Part shown: in pieces, positions 1 through 12,804 of the stretch
Layout of the letters: each line of letters opens with the position of its first letter
How positions within the stretch are numbered: the stretch's first letter is position 1
Origin: Azolla caroliniana
Taxonomy: Eukaryota; Plantae; Polypodiophyta
Reading direction: 5' to 3'
DNA: 64,000 nucleotides
Assembly: GCA_043228905.1 (NCBI GenBank)
Contig: JBHGNT010000012.1
Location: 558,001-622,000, forward strand
Position numbers and translations under genes: made by a program
The notes under the pieces: model-generated
What the model saw: the letters and a program-made list of their open reading frames with translations, nothing else
Database searches by the model: none
Told to the model about the DNA's origin: nothing

Positions 1-1951
1 TTACGAGCATAACGGAACAGTAATTGTGCGCTAATTCATAAGGAATTGACCATATGTGTCAATGTGGAAATTGTAGATGAGTTGGATGATATATTTAGGA
101 AAGAGGGAAGCGGGGTGATGGGTTTGATTAGTTAGTGTTACGAGCATAACGGTAACTGTAATTGTGGGCTAATTCATAATGAATGAAGGGTGATTATTGG
201 GTTATCTGATTCTTACAGTGGGAGATAACTTTAGAGTGTTTCATCACTTGGCTACTTTTTATAAAAATTGCAACCAAGGGCATGATGGGGTTTTAGTCTA
301 TATAAAAAGGTTATCTACCTTCATGAACAAGAATCTCTTCACTTTATTGTTTTGAGATAGAGACTCTGATAGTGTGACAAAGCTCCAGCTTCATACACAT
401 GTGTCTCCTTCAAAACCAATGTATGATCCATGTTTGTACACAGTGGTATGGGACATGATGGGGGACTTGGATCCATCTCTCACCTTTGCTGGGGGTAGTT
501 GGGTGGATTGGCGCTCATTTCTTTCTTATTTTTGTCTTTAATTTTGCTTAACGTAATTAAGATTCTAATAGTCAAGCAGACTAGAATAATCTTCTCTTAT
601 GGTAGGTTAAGATGTAACTAGTCTTAAAATACATGGCATTGACTTTAAGAAAAGTACTACCTAACCTAGCTTGTAACTAGGGAGCTAGGTCATATTAAAT
701 GACAAGTCAACTAAAAGGAAAGGAATATCCCACTACTATCAACTATTTTGTACATTTGATGCGACAATAAGACCAAATACAAAATACAAATATTCACCAT
801 CTTTCTCTTACACTAAGCTACTGTGACTATTATCTATGTCAAGTAACTCTATAGTTGACTAAACTAGATCCCATGTAAGCTCTAAGGTGTGATTGCATGG
901 AAGGGCCATCATAAGCTACTTTGATATATTTGACACATAATATATCTTTAATATGCTTATCTATTCGATTCCCAATATTAATCTAGTACGATTGGCCTCT
1001 ACAAAGTCGATCCGCACAAATTTGTTTAACACATTTCACCAAGTTTAATCCTTGCACAAATTTCTCTCACAACTACAATATGCACTCTCATACGCACCAT
1101 TCATTAGTAAAATCCCTGAACATCAAGAGTCACTGCTCACATTCACATGTATTATTTGAATATGTATATTTTGCCTCATAGGTCATATTTGACCTTCGAG
1201 GATGATAATAAAATCTCTCTCTCTCTCTCTACACACTAAAGTCATCCTAAATGTTGTAGGGATTTGTTTGTTTCATAGGTCATTTTGTGTAATAGTGGAG
1301 GTCATTTTTTGTTTCAAGTAAGGTAAAAATCCACATACAATATTTATTTAGTAGCCAAAATTGATATGTGCACCAATGTAATTGAGAGATAATAACAACG
1401 TAGACGAATCGATAGCTAAGCAATCTAGGTAGATTAGAAGATGACCACCAAACTTCTGGGTGTTGTGAGCGTGTCATGAGTACTCTCTATAGATCAAATA
1501 TTGAATCCAATTTTGCATCCCATACTCAACGCAAACAAGATAGTGGTGATCTCAAGGTCCCATTCTATTATGTGCATGCAAACATTCACATAAACACCCA
1601 ACCATGATGACCCATATGCAAGCAAAATGTACACACACACACATAAAAACATGTTCAGATATCCATTAGTATGTAGATAGAAATCAACATGTTCACACAA
1701 AGTTACAAAGCTTGAAAAGAACATTTTTGTGATGGAATCTAATAATGAGACAAAACTAGACATAAACATGAAAGGCAAAGGAACAACACGGCCATATTAA
1801 TGAAAACCCTTGACTTGTATAAATTGGAAAACATTTGACAATTATCCCAAGATGAAAAAGAGGGAGAAAGAAACATGAATACTGAAACATAAGGATACAT
1901 AACTTGATCCGATCTGTTGTAAAGGAATGTTAGGGACCTATGCTCACAACA

Positions 1952-3407
1952 TTAACGAAATCGAGTGCGGTTAAGGATCGGATATTGACCACCCATGGGT
2001 GCATCGTAAGTAGCAAAGGCGAAACACCCCGAGAAACCAGGTCCAGTATAGACAGCCAAGTTTTGTGTAGCTCCGGAGCCTCTATCATCCCACACTTTGA
2101 TGAGTTGTTCCCCGGTCACATAAGTAACGAGATCTTCCTTTACCGCAACCATGCCTAGGACATCTTCATTGGATGGGGGCACCTGGCCATCATTGTAACC
2201 AGCAAAACCTCTTGGAATCCACGAATTCCTCATTCTTTGTCGAAATGACTCGATCTTGAAGAAGCACGGTGACAAGCACACAAAACCTTGGGGTATCTGC
2301 TCTGGCCTCACCTGCCAACAACTATGGTCATTCGGATGAATGAAGCTTCCACGGTCAGTCCAAATGAGCTCCCACCATTCGTTGCCAGCCCCGATGGGGC
2401 GTGCCATGGTGCGAGCTTGCTCGGCATCCACAAACAATAATGTCTCGACCGTGGCCGAATCATTGTGTGGACCAGGTTTCGGTTGTTGGCCCAACAAACC
2501 GTCCTTAGGACGATGGCCGGTCTGTGGGGCATTGTAACCAACTGGTTGCATGTAGAATGAAGCATGTCCATCTGCTCGGAACAAAGAACCCGATGTACTG
2601 TATTGACAATGTGCCGGCAGCCTTCTAATCTCCAACACCGAATTCCGATCCTGTTGCCATTATAACAAAAGCAGCATTATTGCCAAACATTTTGATTCCT
2701 AGCATGGCCAAACCTCGATTTGCTTCCATGGATTTGAAATTTGAAGGGAGTGTGTGAGATTTAGGAGGCATAGGATGATGAAGGATTAGTTAGTTAGAAC
2801 ATATATATACCTGAGATGGAGGGGGAGGCAGAGGGAGTGGTGGACGAAGAGGCGGAGGCAGCTGATCGGAGATCTTTACGGCCACATTGTAAATCTCGGC
2901 AGCCACAGTGTTATTGGGAATGAGGATCTCCCCCCTCATCTTCTTCACATCCCCGACATATCGAGCCCATTTTCGAACATCTGCTGGACCTTCATGCTGG
3001 AAGGCTTCCCATTTCTCTCCCCATTTTGCAAGAATGGTATCCTCACTCTTCAGGGTTTCATTGATGTCCCTGGTATTGTAGAAGATGGGGTAGAGGCTGA
3101 TGGGATCCTCATCCAGGGTTCGCTCGACCAGTAGCTCGAGCTCTCGCATCGGCCACTCCGACTCCAAGAAGTTGGGCGAAATGAAGAGCACGCCAACCTT
3201 GCACGACTTGATGGCTGTCTCAATGTTTTTGAAAATGTGGGCACCCATTGGGATAGAGGCGACGGAACGATCGAAGAAGATGGCGCTTGGTGATCGGTCT
3301 CCCAATATCCTCTTGAGCTGGTTGAATAGATCTTCGACGATGTGTTTCTGGTGGCCCGAATGGCTAAGGAATATTTGACAGTCATGGCCATCATGATTGG
3401 CATCCAT
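1952..3407 (-). CDS. Gene A1: TIR domain + Pro-rich linker + Vps62/beta-tripod-like domain; exons 3407-2811 and 2650-1952; 431 aa; intact
   Basis: TIR motifs IFLSHSG, FFD, SCKVGVLFISPNF, WPMREL. Donor CAG|GTATAT at 2811/2810 and acceptor CAACAG|GAT at 2651/2650 give an in-frame phase-0 join (PPPPSQ|DRNSVLEIRR). Exon 2 has WELIWTDRGS..DHSCW..IPQGFVCL and KVWDDRGSGA. Confidence 0.85.
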
Positions 3408-5228
3408 GATGGACAATAAGAGATATTGATGATAGGATTCAAGGCAAAGGTAGAGGTTATGTTAAGGGCCCTATAGTCGTAGGCAGTGTGCTTTATGTGT
3501 TGGGGGAAAGTTGCAAAACATGAAGGAGTTGAAGAAGTCCAGCCTCCAAAGAGTGTGACTCATCAGTTGACATTTTGTTAAACTTGTCTATTGGACACGG
3601 AGACAAGCACAGCACATCACTCCTTTATCTTTTCAAATTTATGCATAGAATTAGGAATTGACATTCTGTAGCCCACGACGAGGTCAAATTCGACCTCAAT
3701 AAGCTTGGGATGTAGTGGACCGATCGTCTTGAATGCGCGTGAGACATACAACTGTTCATATTGATTGCCCTACAATCTGATGGTTATCAAGCACAAGCTT
3801 ATCTATCATTGAGTGTGGGACATCCTCTAATTCGCGAATTTGTGTATGAACCATTCGCGAATGCGAATGCGCGTATGGTACGTATGGTTCATACTATGTA
3901 CAGAAGTATATATTTGTGTGTGTGAATTAGATATATGTAATTGTACGTATACTAGAGTCACGTGTGTAAGCTTTGCACATGACTTGTAGAATTCACATAT
4001 AAAAAGATAGGCATCTTATGTGTTCTCATTCGTATACAGCCAGACCTCTATATATTTATTCAGAATCTATTGCTTTGCAATGTATGAAGTGATGTGTGTG
4101 AGGTAATCACTTATCATTGTGTGATAAACCAATGTTTCATGGATGAAGGAAATGCTTAAACCAATGCTTTAAGATAGTAGTGGAACTTTTGGCATATTTA
4201 TTAGAACATCTATTTTCCTAGTTGATAAAAAGGTTTTCTAGGAGCCTTTCTACATTATAATTGTTGCCATAATATACATATTATGTCAATAATAATAGTA
4301 TAGCTTATTGCTTTAGATGGTTCAAACATTGTAGGGAAAAGATGAAACATGAAATCACATTGTGCCAAGTGTTTTGTCTTTATCATATAATAGAACATGA
4401 TCGTGAAGAAAGTTATATGTTATTTGGAATCTAGTTATCTTGCTTTTTTCACATTGACGATGTGGTGCTTTTTACAAATTCTTTAAAATATTCAACCAAA
4501 AGCTTTGAGTAATTTGATTGTATTGGAAAACTTTTGTATCCGTTAGTAATTTAGTGTCAATAACTCCAAAATGAATGGATGGATGACTGGCTAGTGTCGG
4601 TACTATGGAGACCCATATAAACAAGTACAACCTTATACAACATGTTTTTCAATGAAGAGAATGTGATACCCCATATAATCTTGGTAAAACCTTAACTCTC
4701 ATTAGGGTAAATTGCGCAGTAGGGCAGATGTTTGATCAAATGAGAATCTTTTGATTGCAGTAATCAGGTTGAGGAAGTTCAAATTGGGAACGTAAAATAA
4801 TAGGGTTTTTGATATTTGAGCTCAAAACCATGACAGCGAAGGCCCCATTGATTCTGAGCGAATCCAGAATGCAAGAATGGATTGTTTGGGGGGAGGGGGG
4901 ATCAATGAAGGACCTGTAAAGACCTGTCAAACCTCAACTCATCAACAACATTGATCGCCAAACGTGGCGATTCTGAAAGCCATCGCTTAGTAGTAATCGT
5001 GAAAGCTTTATTTATAAAAAATCAAACTATGCTTGTATGTCAATAAGACCTTACTATTAAACCGATTTTCAAACTCATAATTAATTGTGATAAAGAAGTG
5101 AAACACAACTCTGAAATGAATATGAGTGAGACAAAACGACTCACTCACTCATCAGTAAGAAAACATTAACAATGTGGAACTTGATCCAATCTGTAGTAAA
5201 TGAATGTGTGGATTGATCTTGTTAACTT

Positions 5229-6739
5229 TTAATGAAATTTTGAGCGGTCAAGGATAGGATAACTGCCGCCCCTTGGTTGATCATAGGTAGTAAAGGCAAA
5301 ACACCCAGCCAAATCTGGTCCAGTATAGATAACCAAGGGTTCTGTAACCCCAGAGCCTCTATCTTCCCACACCTTTTTGAGTTTTTCTCCATTCACATAA
5401 GTAACAAGCTTTTCGTTTATGGCAACCATGCCTTGGACGTCTTCACTGGATGGAGGCATATACATATAATCCTCCTTTAAAACCAGAAAATTTGCCGAAG
5501 AATGATTCATTCTTTTTTCTAAGGTATCGATCTTGAAGAAGTAGGGTGACAAGCACACATAACCTTGGGGGATCCAATCCTCCTTCACACGCCAACAACT
5601 GTGGTCGTCCCGATAAACGACTTGTCCACGATCAGTCCACATACACTCCCACCATTCGTTACAAGCCCCAATGGGACGTGTGTTGGCCTGAGTTTGTTTA
5701 AGATCAGTAAACAATAATGTCTCTACCTTTTTTGATTGATTTGGTAAACCAGGTTCTGGTTGTTGCCCAAACAAACAGGGTTTAGGACGATGATTGTCTT
5801 GCAAAACATTATACTCCATCGGTTCCAAGTAAAAGGAGACGTGTTTTTCGGATAGGATCAATGAGCCGTATGTAGTGTACTGGCACCGTGCATTCTGTTT
5901 ACTAATCTCCAAATTCAAAATTTGAGTGTAATTGGCCTGTTGCAAATAATTATCATGACAACAATCATTTTCAAAACATTTTGATTCCGGACCGAGGCCA
6001 AACTGTTAATATTTGGAGCACGGAGGTTTTTACTCTCCCTGATTCAGATTTGGAGTTGCAATGGTTGTATGTGGTATGTGGTATGTGGTATGTGGTATAT
6101 AATAACAGCTCTAGAAAATCATATGGTTGATTTAAGGAAAAGTTTGTGAAATTAGTAGTTATACATACCTGTGATGGAGGGGGAACGACAGCATCTCTGA
6201 AATCTCCATGGCCATGTTATAAATCTCCAGTTCCACGGTTTCATTGGGCTTCAGGATCTTCTCTCTCATCTGCTTCACTTGTACCACATATTGAGCCCAT
6301 TTTCTGAGATTGACGACACCCTCCTCGAAGGCTTCCCATGTTTTTTTCCATTTACCAAGACTTGCAGTCTCACTTTTCAGGACTTTATTGATGTCCCTGG
6401 TATTGTAGTAGATGGGGTAGAGGCTGATGGGATCCTCTTTGTCCACGGTTCGGTCGACCAGTAGCTCCGGCTCTCGCATGGGCCAGTATGACTCGAAGAA
6501 ATTTGGCGAAATGATGAGCACTCCGACCTTGCATGACTTGATGCCAGTCTCAATCTTCTTGAAAATGTGGGCACCCATTGGGATTGATGTGACAGAACTA
6601 TCGAAGAAGAGGGCACACTGGACGATCGGTTTCGCAATATCTCTGTGAGCTGCTTGAATAGACCGTTGGCCACAAGTTTCTGGTGGCCCGAATGGCTAAG
6701 GAATATTTGGCAATCACTACCATTAGCACTATTGACCAT
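5229..6739 (-). pseudogene. Gene B1: TIR + beta-tripod-like pseudogene
   Basis: Paralog of 48609-50167. TIR exon split over two frames (+2 nt near 6615); WPMREL changed to WPMREP; a 28-nt linker deletion puts the donor (6169/6168) out of phase with the acceptor (5937/5936). Exon 2 is still open. Confidence 0.85.
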
Positions 6740-9075
6740 GATGGAGAATTAGGTATGCTGATAGGAGGCAAGGCAAAGTGAGAAGAAGTTATGTTAAGGA
6801 CATAGTAGTAGGTAGTGTGCATTATATAAGGAGCGGAACAACACATGTAGAAGTTCACCAAGGCCCAAAGACCCCTTTATTGTTGGTGGGGAATCCATGA
6901 AGACGTGAAGGATGTACAACAACTCTTTATTATGGGTGGGAATCACTATGTGAGAAGGGCACACTGACAACACATCATTTTCGTTGACACAATGACATTT
7001 TTTCCTTTCATCTTGTACTTCTCCATTCGTCGACCAATTCTATTTTCACAGAAAAAGGGGGGGGGAGGGGGGCAATAGAAAAACGTTGGGATTACACATG
7101 CTTTTGTTGCAAGTGAGTGCATGCAGATATTTGTTCACCAATCGACTGCTCAAACATTTCATACATCACACAACTTGATGTATACATGCTTAATGCATTG
7201 TATACATGTTGTGAATCTTCTCAACTATGAAGAGTGAATCTCAAAAGCCCATTTTTAAAATAAATTATTACAATAGATCATCTCCATCGAGAGACATGAA
7301 TTGCTTTACTACATAGCCACATCAATCCTGTTACTTTAGACACTCAAGCTTCACATGAGATGCAAAGCACACACTTCACTACCAAACCATCCAATTTTCT
7401 TAATGCGAGATGCCCGAATCAATAATTATTGATAATGTCATCACCTATGCGAGAGGACACTTTGAACCTAATAATGAAACTTCACAAACATCAAAATCTA
7501 ATAATATTTATGACTAGTGGATCGATTAAATTTCAATTTTCGCTCTAGATTGTTTTGGGCAATATGCTTTTTGCAATAGAGACAAGTTCTCTTCCTCTCC
7601 AACCAAGTGGGTTTTCCCTTCTAACTTTTACACAATGTAGGGTCATAAGTTATGATTCATAACTCATCCTTATGTGATTCCACTATTGTTTGATGCATAA
7701 AGGAAATACTTTAATATCATGCTTTAAAAAGTAGTGCATTGTTCTAGACACAGACTTCTTGACCAAGACAATGCCATGGAATGAACTTGTTACACAATAG
7801 ATACGTTGCCATTTTCTCTAGAAATCATTTGTCATCGATAGCTCATTCAAAGAGGTTTAGGGGTTGTTGCATCAACTTGTTTCCAAACCAATTAATTATA
7901 CCTCCACTTAAAAAAAATTGGTGTGAAGACTATAAGAATGTTATACAATGGGAAAACATATGAGGAGAGCTATCATGACATTCCATTTTAAATGCATCCG
8001 GCTTAGAGCTTTTTATTTATTTATTTAAAAACCCATCTTAGAACTATCAATACTTATATGTAGGTCAAGACAATACTAGCAATTATTCAAGTTTTACAAG
8101 ACCTATGTTATAAGTTTATATGTGAATAGGTGGTCAATGACTATCTTTCGGATATGGAATTTAAAATGCTTGGTTGTGTAGTTTGGCATGTGTAATAATT
8201 TCCTTCAACATGATTAGCACACTTGAATTGAGTAGTAATTAGTTTCTAAAGAACATGTGAGAACCCAATACACCTTCATTAAAGGTAATCTTAATCATAT
8301 CACCACTCTCAACATCACACTTTGAGTGTGGTATTGTTCTCTATCCGTGATTCTTTTGGAGGTGTGTGGTTGAATATGATGAAGGTCATTGCCAAAGACC
8401 ACCACATCAACTTCTAAATCACAATGGGCCATGCATGATACCAATATCTACTGCTTTAAGCCAGAACATATTGTGCATATTTTAGTTTTAAATGTTTTAT
8501 GGCCCATGCTATACTAGTTTACTACAGGTTGTGCAGAACATCATTTTGCTATGCACCGTGACAATGGACTCCAAGGATAAAGATCCTTCGAAGAGGTAAT
8601 AAGAGCTATGAAATTAAGTATGGTCAATCGTATAAATGGGTACCAACAAATGAATACCCCTAAGTATATGAGGCAAGGCAACATTTACATTTCCCTTGAC
8701 AAATTCTCTTCCTATCCAACCTAGTAGGTATTCAATTTCACATAATGTGCCAACTGAAGCGCATAAGGCATTAGCTCATCCTTGTTTGATTACTTGTAAG
8801 GTCTCATTAGAACCCAAGACACCTCTCACTCAAGATAATTTGCTTCGGCTTTACCATGACTACCCCACATTCAATCGGTGGATCAACAAATGTGTGAATC
8901 ACAGGAAACAAAGTCAAATTCATAAAATATGAAGGAAAATCTTGGATTAAGTGGAGGAGAAGAAAGCGATGAAAAACAGGTTAAAAACATGACATTCAAT
9001 ATCTTTAAGCATGATCGCTTTTGGAACAATATGCAGGAACTGATCTTCCCATTGATTCAACCAAATATGCTGCGT

Positions 9076-9624
9076 TTAAGGATAGGATAGCATGCATCTT
9101 TGATCAAGGGGCTCTTGGTAGTAAAAGGCAAAACACCCAGAAGAATCCGGTCCAGTGTAGATAGCCAAGGATTCTGCAACTCCAGAGCCTGTATCATCCC
9201 ACACTTTGATGAGAGTTTTTCCAGTCACATAAGTAACTAGGTCCTTCCTTACAGCAACCATGCCTCGGACATCATCAATGGATGGAGGTTTGTAATCCCT
9301 ATTTAAAATCACAGAACTTTCCCCAAACAAAGACTTATCGTCTCGTCTGTCCGCTAAGGTATCGATATTGAAGAAGCATGGTGACAAGCACACAAAACCT
9401 TGGGGGATCCGATCCGCCTTCACGCACCAACAACTGTGGTCATTCCCGTAAACAATGTTTCCGCCGCTATCCATCCAAATGAGCTCCCACCATTCATTAC
9501 CAGCCCCGATGGGCCATGTATAGGCCCCAACATCTTTAATATTCGCAAACTTTAGGGTTTCTACCATCCGTAATTCAATCGAGGGGCCAAATTCTGGTCG
9601 TTGCCCAAGCAAACCGGCCTTCGG
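9076..9624 (-). pseudogene. Gene C1: 3' part of exon 2 only (5'-truncated copy of C2)
   Basis: Closely matches 52484-53028 (WWELIWMDSGG, KVWDDTGSG, QEPLDQRCML). Homology stops at 9624 and no TIR exon follows. Confidence 0.85.
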
Positions 9625-10754
9625 TGTATAGAATATTATGGTATGACCATAACAACGAGGTACCCCTGATTTTGCTTATATGAGTTCTTGGTGACGATAG
9701 TTCTGGTTCTAGTGGTTGTACTCGATTCATTGTCCTTGCTGGTGGTGACAACGATATCCGAGAAACATTGAGTTGTTGGTAGACACATTTCCGAAGGTTG
9801 TACTCCAACATTTGTAAGAGGGTCATGTGTGCTTGATGTCGTCCTTTGTATACCCCAACACCATCATGTAATTTTGTGCAAAGAATAACAACGTTGGGAT
9901 GCTTGATGGTAATTCTTGAAACATAGGCTCCATATTTACCTAAAACATAACGTCCATATGTATTTGTATATGTATGTGTACATGATTGTTAATTTGCATA
10001 TGTGATTGTTAACTTGTTGTATATGTATGTGTATGTGACTATGATTTTCGCATATCTTTTGTTGCAGATAAACAATGATTAGCCCCAAGTTGCCCCAAAT
10101 ATATTTTTGGAGTGCACATTTTGTTAAGTATCCCAAATGAGGAGTAGTTATTGTGCAACTTGACCATATGGGCCAATGAAGTGTCAATGTGGAAATTGTA
10201 GATGAGTTGGATAATATATTTAGGAAAGAGGGAAGCAGGGTGATGGGTTTGACTAGTTAGTGTTACGAGCATAACGGTAAACGTAATTGCAAGCTAATTC
10301 ATAAGGAATGAAGGGTGATGATTGAGGTATCTCAATCTTATAGGGTTTCATCACTTGGCTACTTTTTATAAAAAAGCAACCAAGTGGAAAACACACAGAA
10401 AGGCATTATGGGGTTTTAGCCTATATAAGAAGGTTAGCTACCGTCATGAATAAGAATCTCTACTTTATTGTTTTGAGATAGAGGCTCTAATAGTGTGACT
10501 AAACTCTAGCTTCATACACATGTGCCTCCTTCTTCAAAACCAAGGTACAATCCATGTTTGTACACGGTGGGATGGGACACGATGGCGGACTTCGATTTGT
10601 CTCTCACCTTCGCTAGGGATAGTTGGGTGGATTGGCGCCCATTTCTTTCTTATTTTCCTCTTTAATTTTGCTTAACGTAATTAAGATTCTAATAGTCAAG
10701 TGGACTAGAAAAATCTTCGCTTATGGTAGGTTAAGATGTAATTAGTTTTAAAAT
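9625..10754 (+). repeat. Possible degenerate LTR/retroelement remnant, partly repeated at 1-636
   Basis: Begins with TG exactly at the C1 breakpoint; TATA-like ctatataag near 10421. The copy at ~437-452 reads tacaca-g-tggtatggga, resembling an LTR end plus a decayed PBS. Confidence 0.35.
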
Positions 10755-10758
10755 ACAT

Positions 10759-10785
10759 GGGTCGAAGCATGCTATAGTGTACCAA
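10759..10785 (+). repeat. Left terminal inverted repeat of Sola2-like element
   Basis: Reverse complement of 32208-32234 with 4 mismatches. Confidence 0.9.
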
Positions 10786-11800
10786 AAAAGTACTGTTTTT
10801 GGCAAAAAAAAACACGAGTACTATTAATACTCTTAGTATTGAGTGATTAAAAATAAAAAAATTTGAAAATAATTAAAATCTTTTTAGGGAGTGGTGTACG
10901 TTGCATTAAAGTCAAGGAATGGGTGGGGGGACAATTGTTGCGTATTCAAGACTGTTTTGGGGGCTATTTCCCCCTCACGTTTATTTTAGGACGCCACATT
11001 AAATCCTTTTGGCGCTTCTCCCAAGCGTCTCCTCTTCCGCCTTCCAATTGAGACAACACATGTCTTCACAACGCACTCATGTCTTCTGCCTTCCAACTGA
11101 AGTCTTCACAACGCACTCGAAATGTCTTTTTGTTGTTCTTTGCGTCACTTGTCTTCCCCATCTTCTCCTTCCATTGGTATGTCTTCTCCATCTTCTCTTT
11201 CACTCGGTATGTTTGCACATATTTCTATAAAGTGGTTATTTCTATACAGTATTGTTATTTGTATATGTGTGTATTCTCACTTCCCTCATACTGTTACTAT
11301 TTAGTAAGTTATGGCCTACAATCTCTAATCTAAAATTTAGGATTGGTTTATGTTGAACAAATTAGTGTGTTGTCATGATTATGATTGTCATTGTCATCTC
11401 CGTCATACTTTGATCATTACTTGTTATTATTTGTATTATTACTTTGATCATTCTGTTATTATTTAGTAAGTCATGGCAACTTACTAAAAAGACTTTTGAA
11501 TAGCTCTCCTTCTCTTGTTCATTGTTCCTAGCTACAACACCTACAACCTAAGTTTTATATTAGCCTAATTTTATGGTCAAACAAGTAATTTAAAGGGGTC
11601 AAACAACAACTTAATTGATGCAATTATTTCTTAAAAGTTAAATTATTGTTTTGGAAAAGGAATATATGACTGTGGCAAACTCTCAAATGTTTATCCGATT
11701 TCCGGTTGATGTTTTTGCTATGGGGTATTACCTATGTTTATTTTACGATGTATTAAGCACTTATTTTGATTAATTAGGTGCTGAAATAACAAGAAATTAG

Positions 11801-12700
11801 GTGCTAGAATATATGAGAGTGACAATGGTCGTCGATGAGGAGAGCGAGGTGTCCCTTAGCAAATCTATGTCTGAGAGGAGCAAGAGATGGGTGGTTCTTC
11901 ACATAATCTGTTATTTACTAGAAGTAATTGAAAGATTTAGCTTGGAGGATTGTAGGGATATTATCTCTAGAGTGTTGCACCATCAACTTTTGAATGAAGA
12001 CATGGAGAATATTTAGTTTAGGGACCAATGTCTTTTAGAGGAAATTGTAGAGTGTATGAAGTCATCCCTACACTTAGTGAAAGGGGTAGAGAGCATAGAT
12101 AAGCTTAGTGCAAAGAGAGCAACCCATCACATGGTTGTAAATGGTACAACGCAAAAAAGAAAATAGTGATACTAAAGTTGCCTTAGCACTTGGTATCCAA
12201 AGAAGGAACTTGAGGAAGCATCGGACAAATATACAATCAAATCAATTTAAGTGGTTGGGGTTAGGTAGTAGACGACGATGTGATGCATTGTCTCATGAGA
12301 TTATTGAGGAAGTGGGTTCCTTTTGGGCAAAAAAGACACGTGTCTTACCGAATAAAAAAGATGTATGTAGACAACGTATAAGTCGGGGTAGGTACCAGAT
12401 CCACCCAAGACACTTCTAAATGCTTCTATTAATGTTACCTATTTATTGAGTGATGTAGGCTGAATTGTTCATGAACTTCAAAGACCAACATCCTAGCATC
12501 AATCTTGGATTTCGCAAGTTCCAAGGTTTGAAACCATTTTTTGTTAGAAAGTTAAAGGAGAGGAACACATGTTGTTGTGTGTACCACATTGAAATGGACA
12601 TGTTAAGGCTTGGTGTGCGTACTGATTCTAAGGGTATACACGGGGATGGGTGTGTTTGCACTTGTGAGGTATGTAGACCAAATGGGAGTGGTAATAGATG
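11801..12700 (+). pseudogene. Sola2-like transposase, N-terminal fragments
   Basis: ORF pieces RRRCDAL..FW..TRVLPNKKDV and F..FKDQHP..LGFRKFQGLKPFFVRKLKERNTCCCVYH. Stops present; interrupted by Copia at 12701. Confidence 0.65.
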
Positions 12701-12758
12701 TGTAAAGAATCAAGAGATGGATTCTTGTGAAGCGGAAGAGATGTGAGTTATGTGTGTG

Positions 12759-12804
<46 letters not shown>

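Larger units (their letters stand above)
1..9624. repeat. Segmental duplication block 1 (flank + genes A1, B1, truncated C1)
   Basis: Colinear homology to block 2: 1-636 ~ 10130-10758; 637-1950 ~ 32239-33590; 4252-4580 ~ 36500-36830; 4920-9620 ~ 48217-53028, including intergenic DNA. Confidence 0.9.

Noticed and set aside
1494-1778. ORF also seen at 33122-33469
   Set aside because: Shared only because of the block duplication; includes a CA microsatellite and lies in the 3' flank of gene A.
2790-3416. TIR ORFs as stand-alone TIR-only genes, or as a prokaryotic TIR defence operon (Thoeris-like) with a downstream partner ORF
   Set aside because: Context is eukaryotic, and GT-AG sites join each TIR in frame to the next ORF in three paralogs.
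3828-3875. Palindromic ATTCGCGAAT motifs upstream of A1
   Set aside because: No element ends or TSD could be defined and the motif is not conserved in other paralog promoters.
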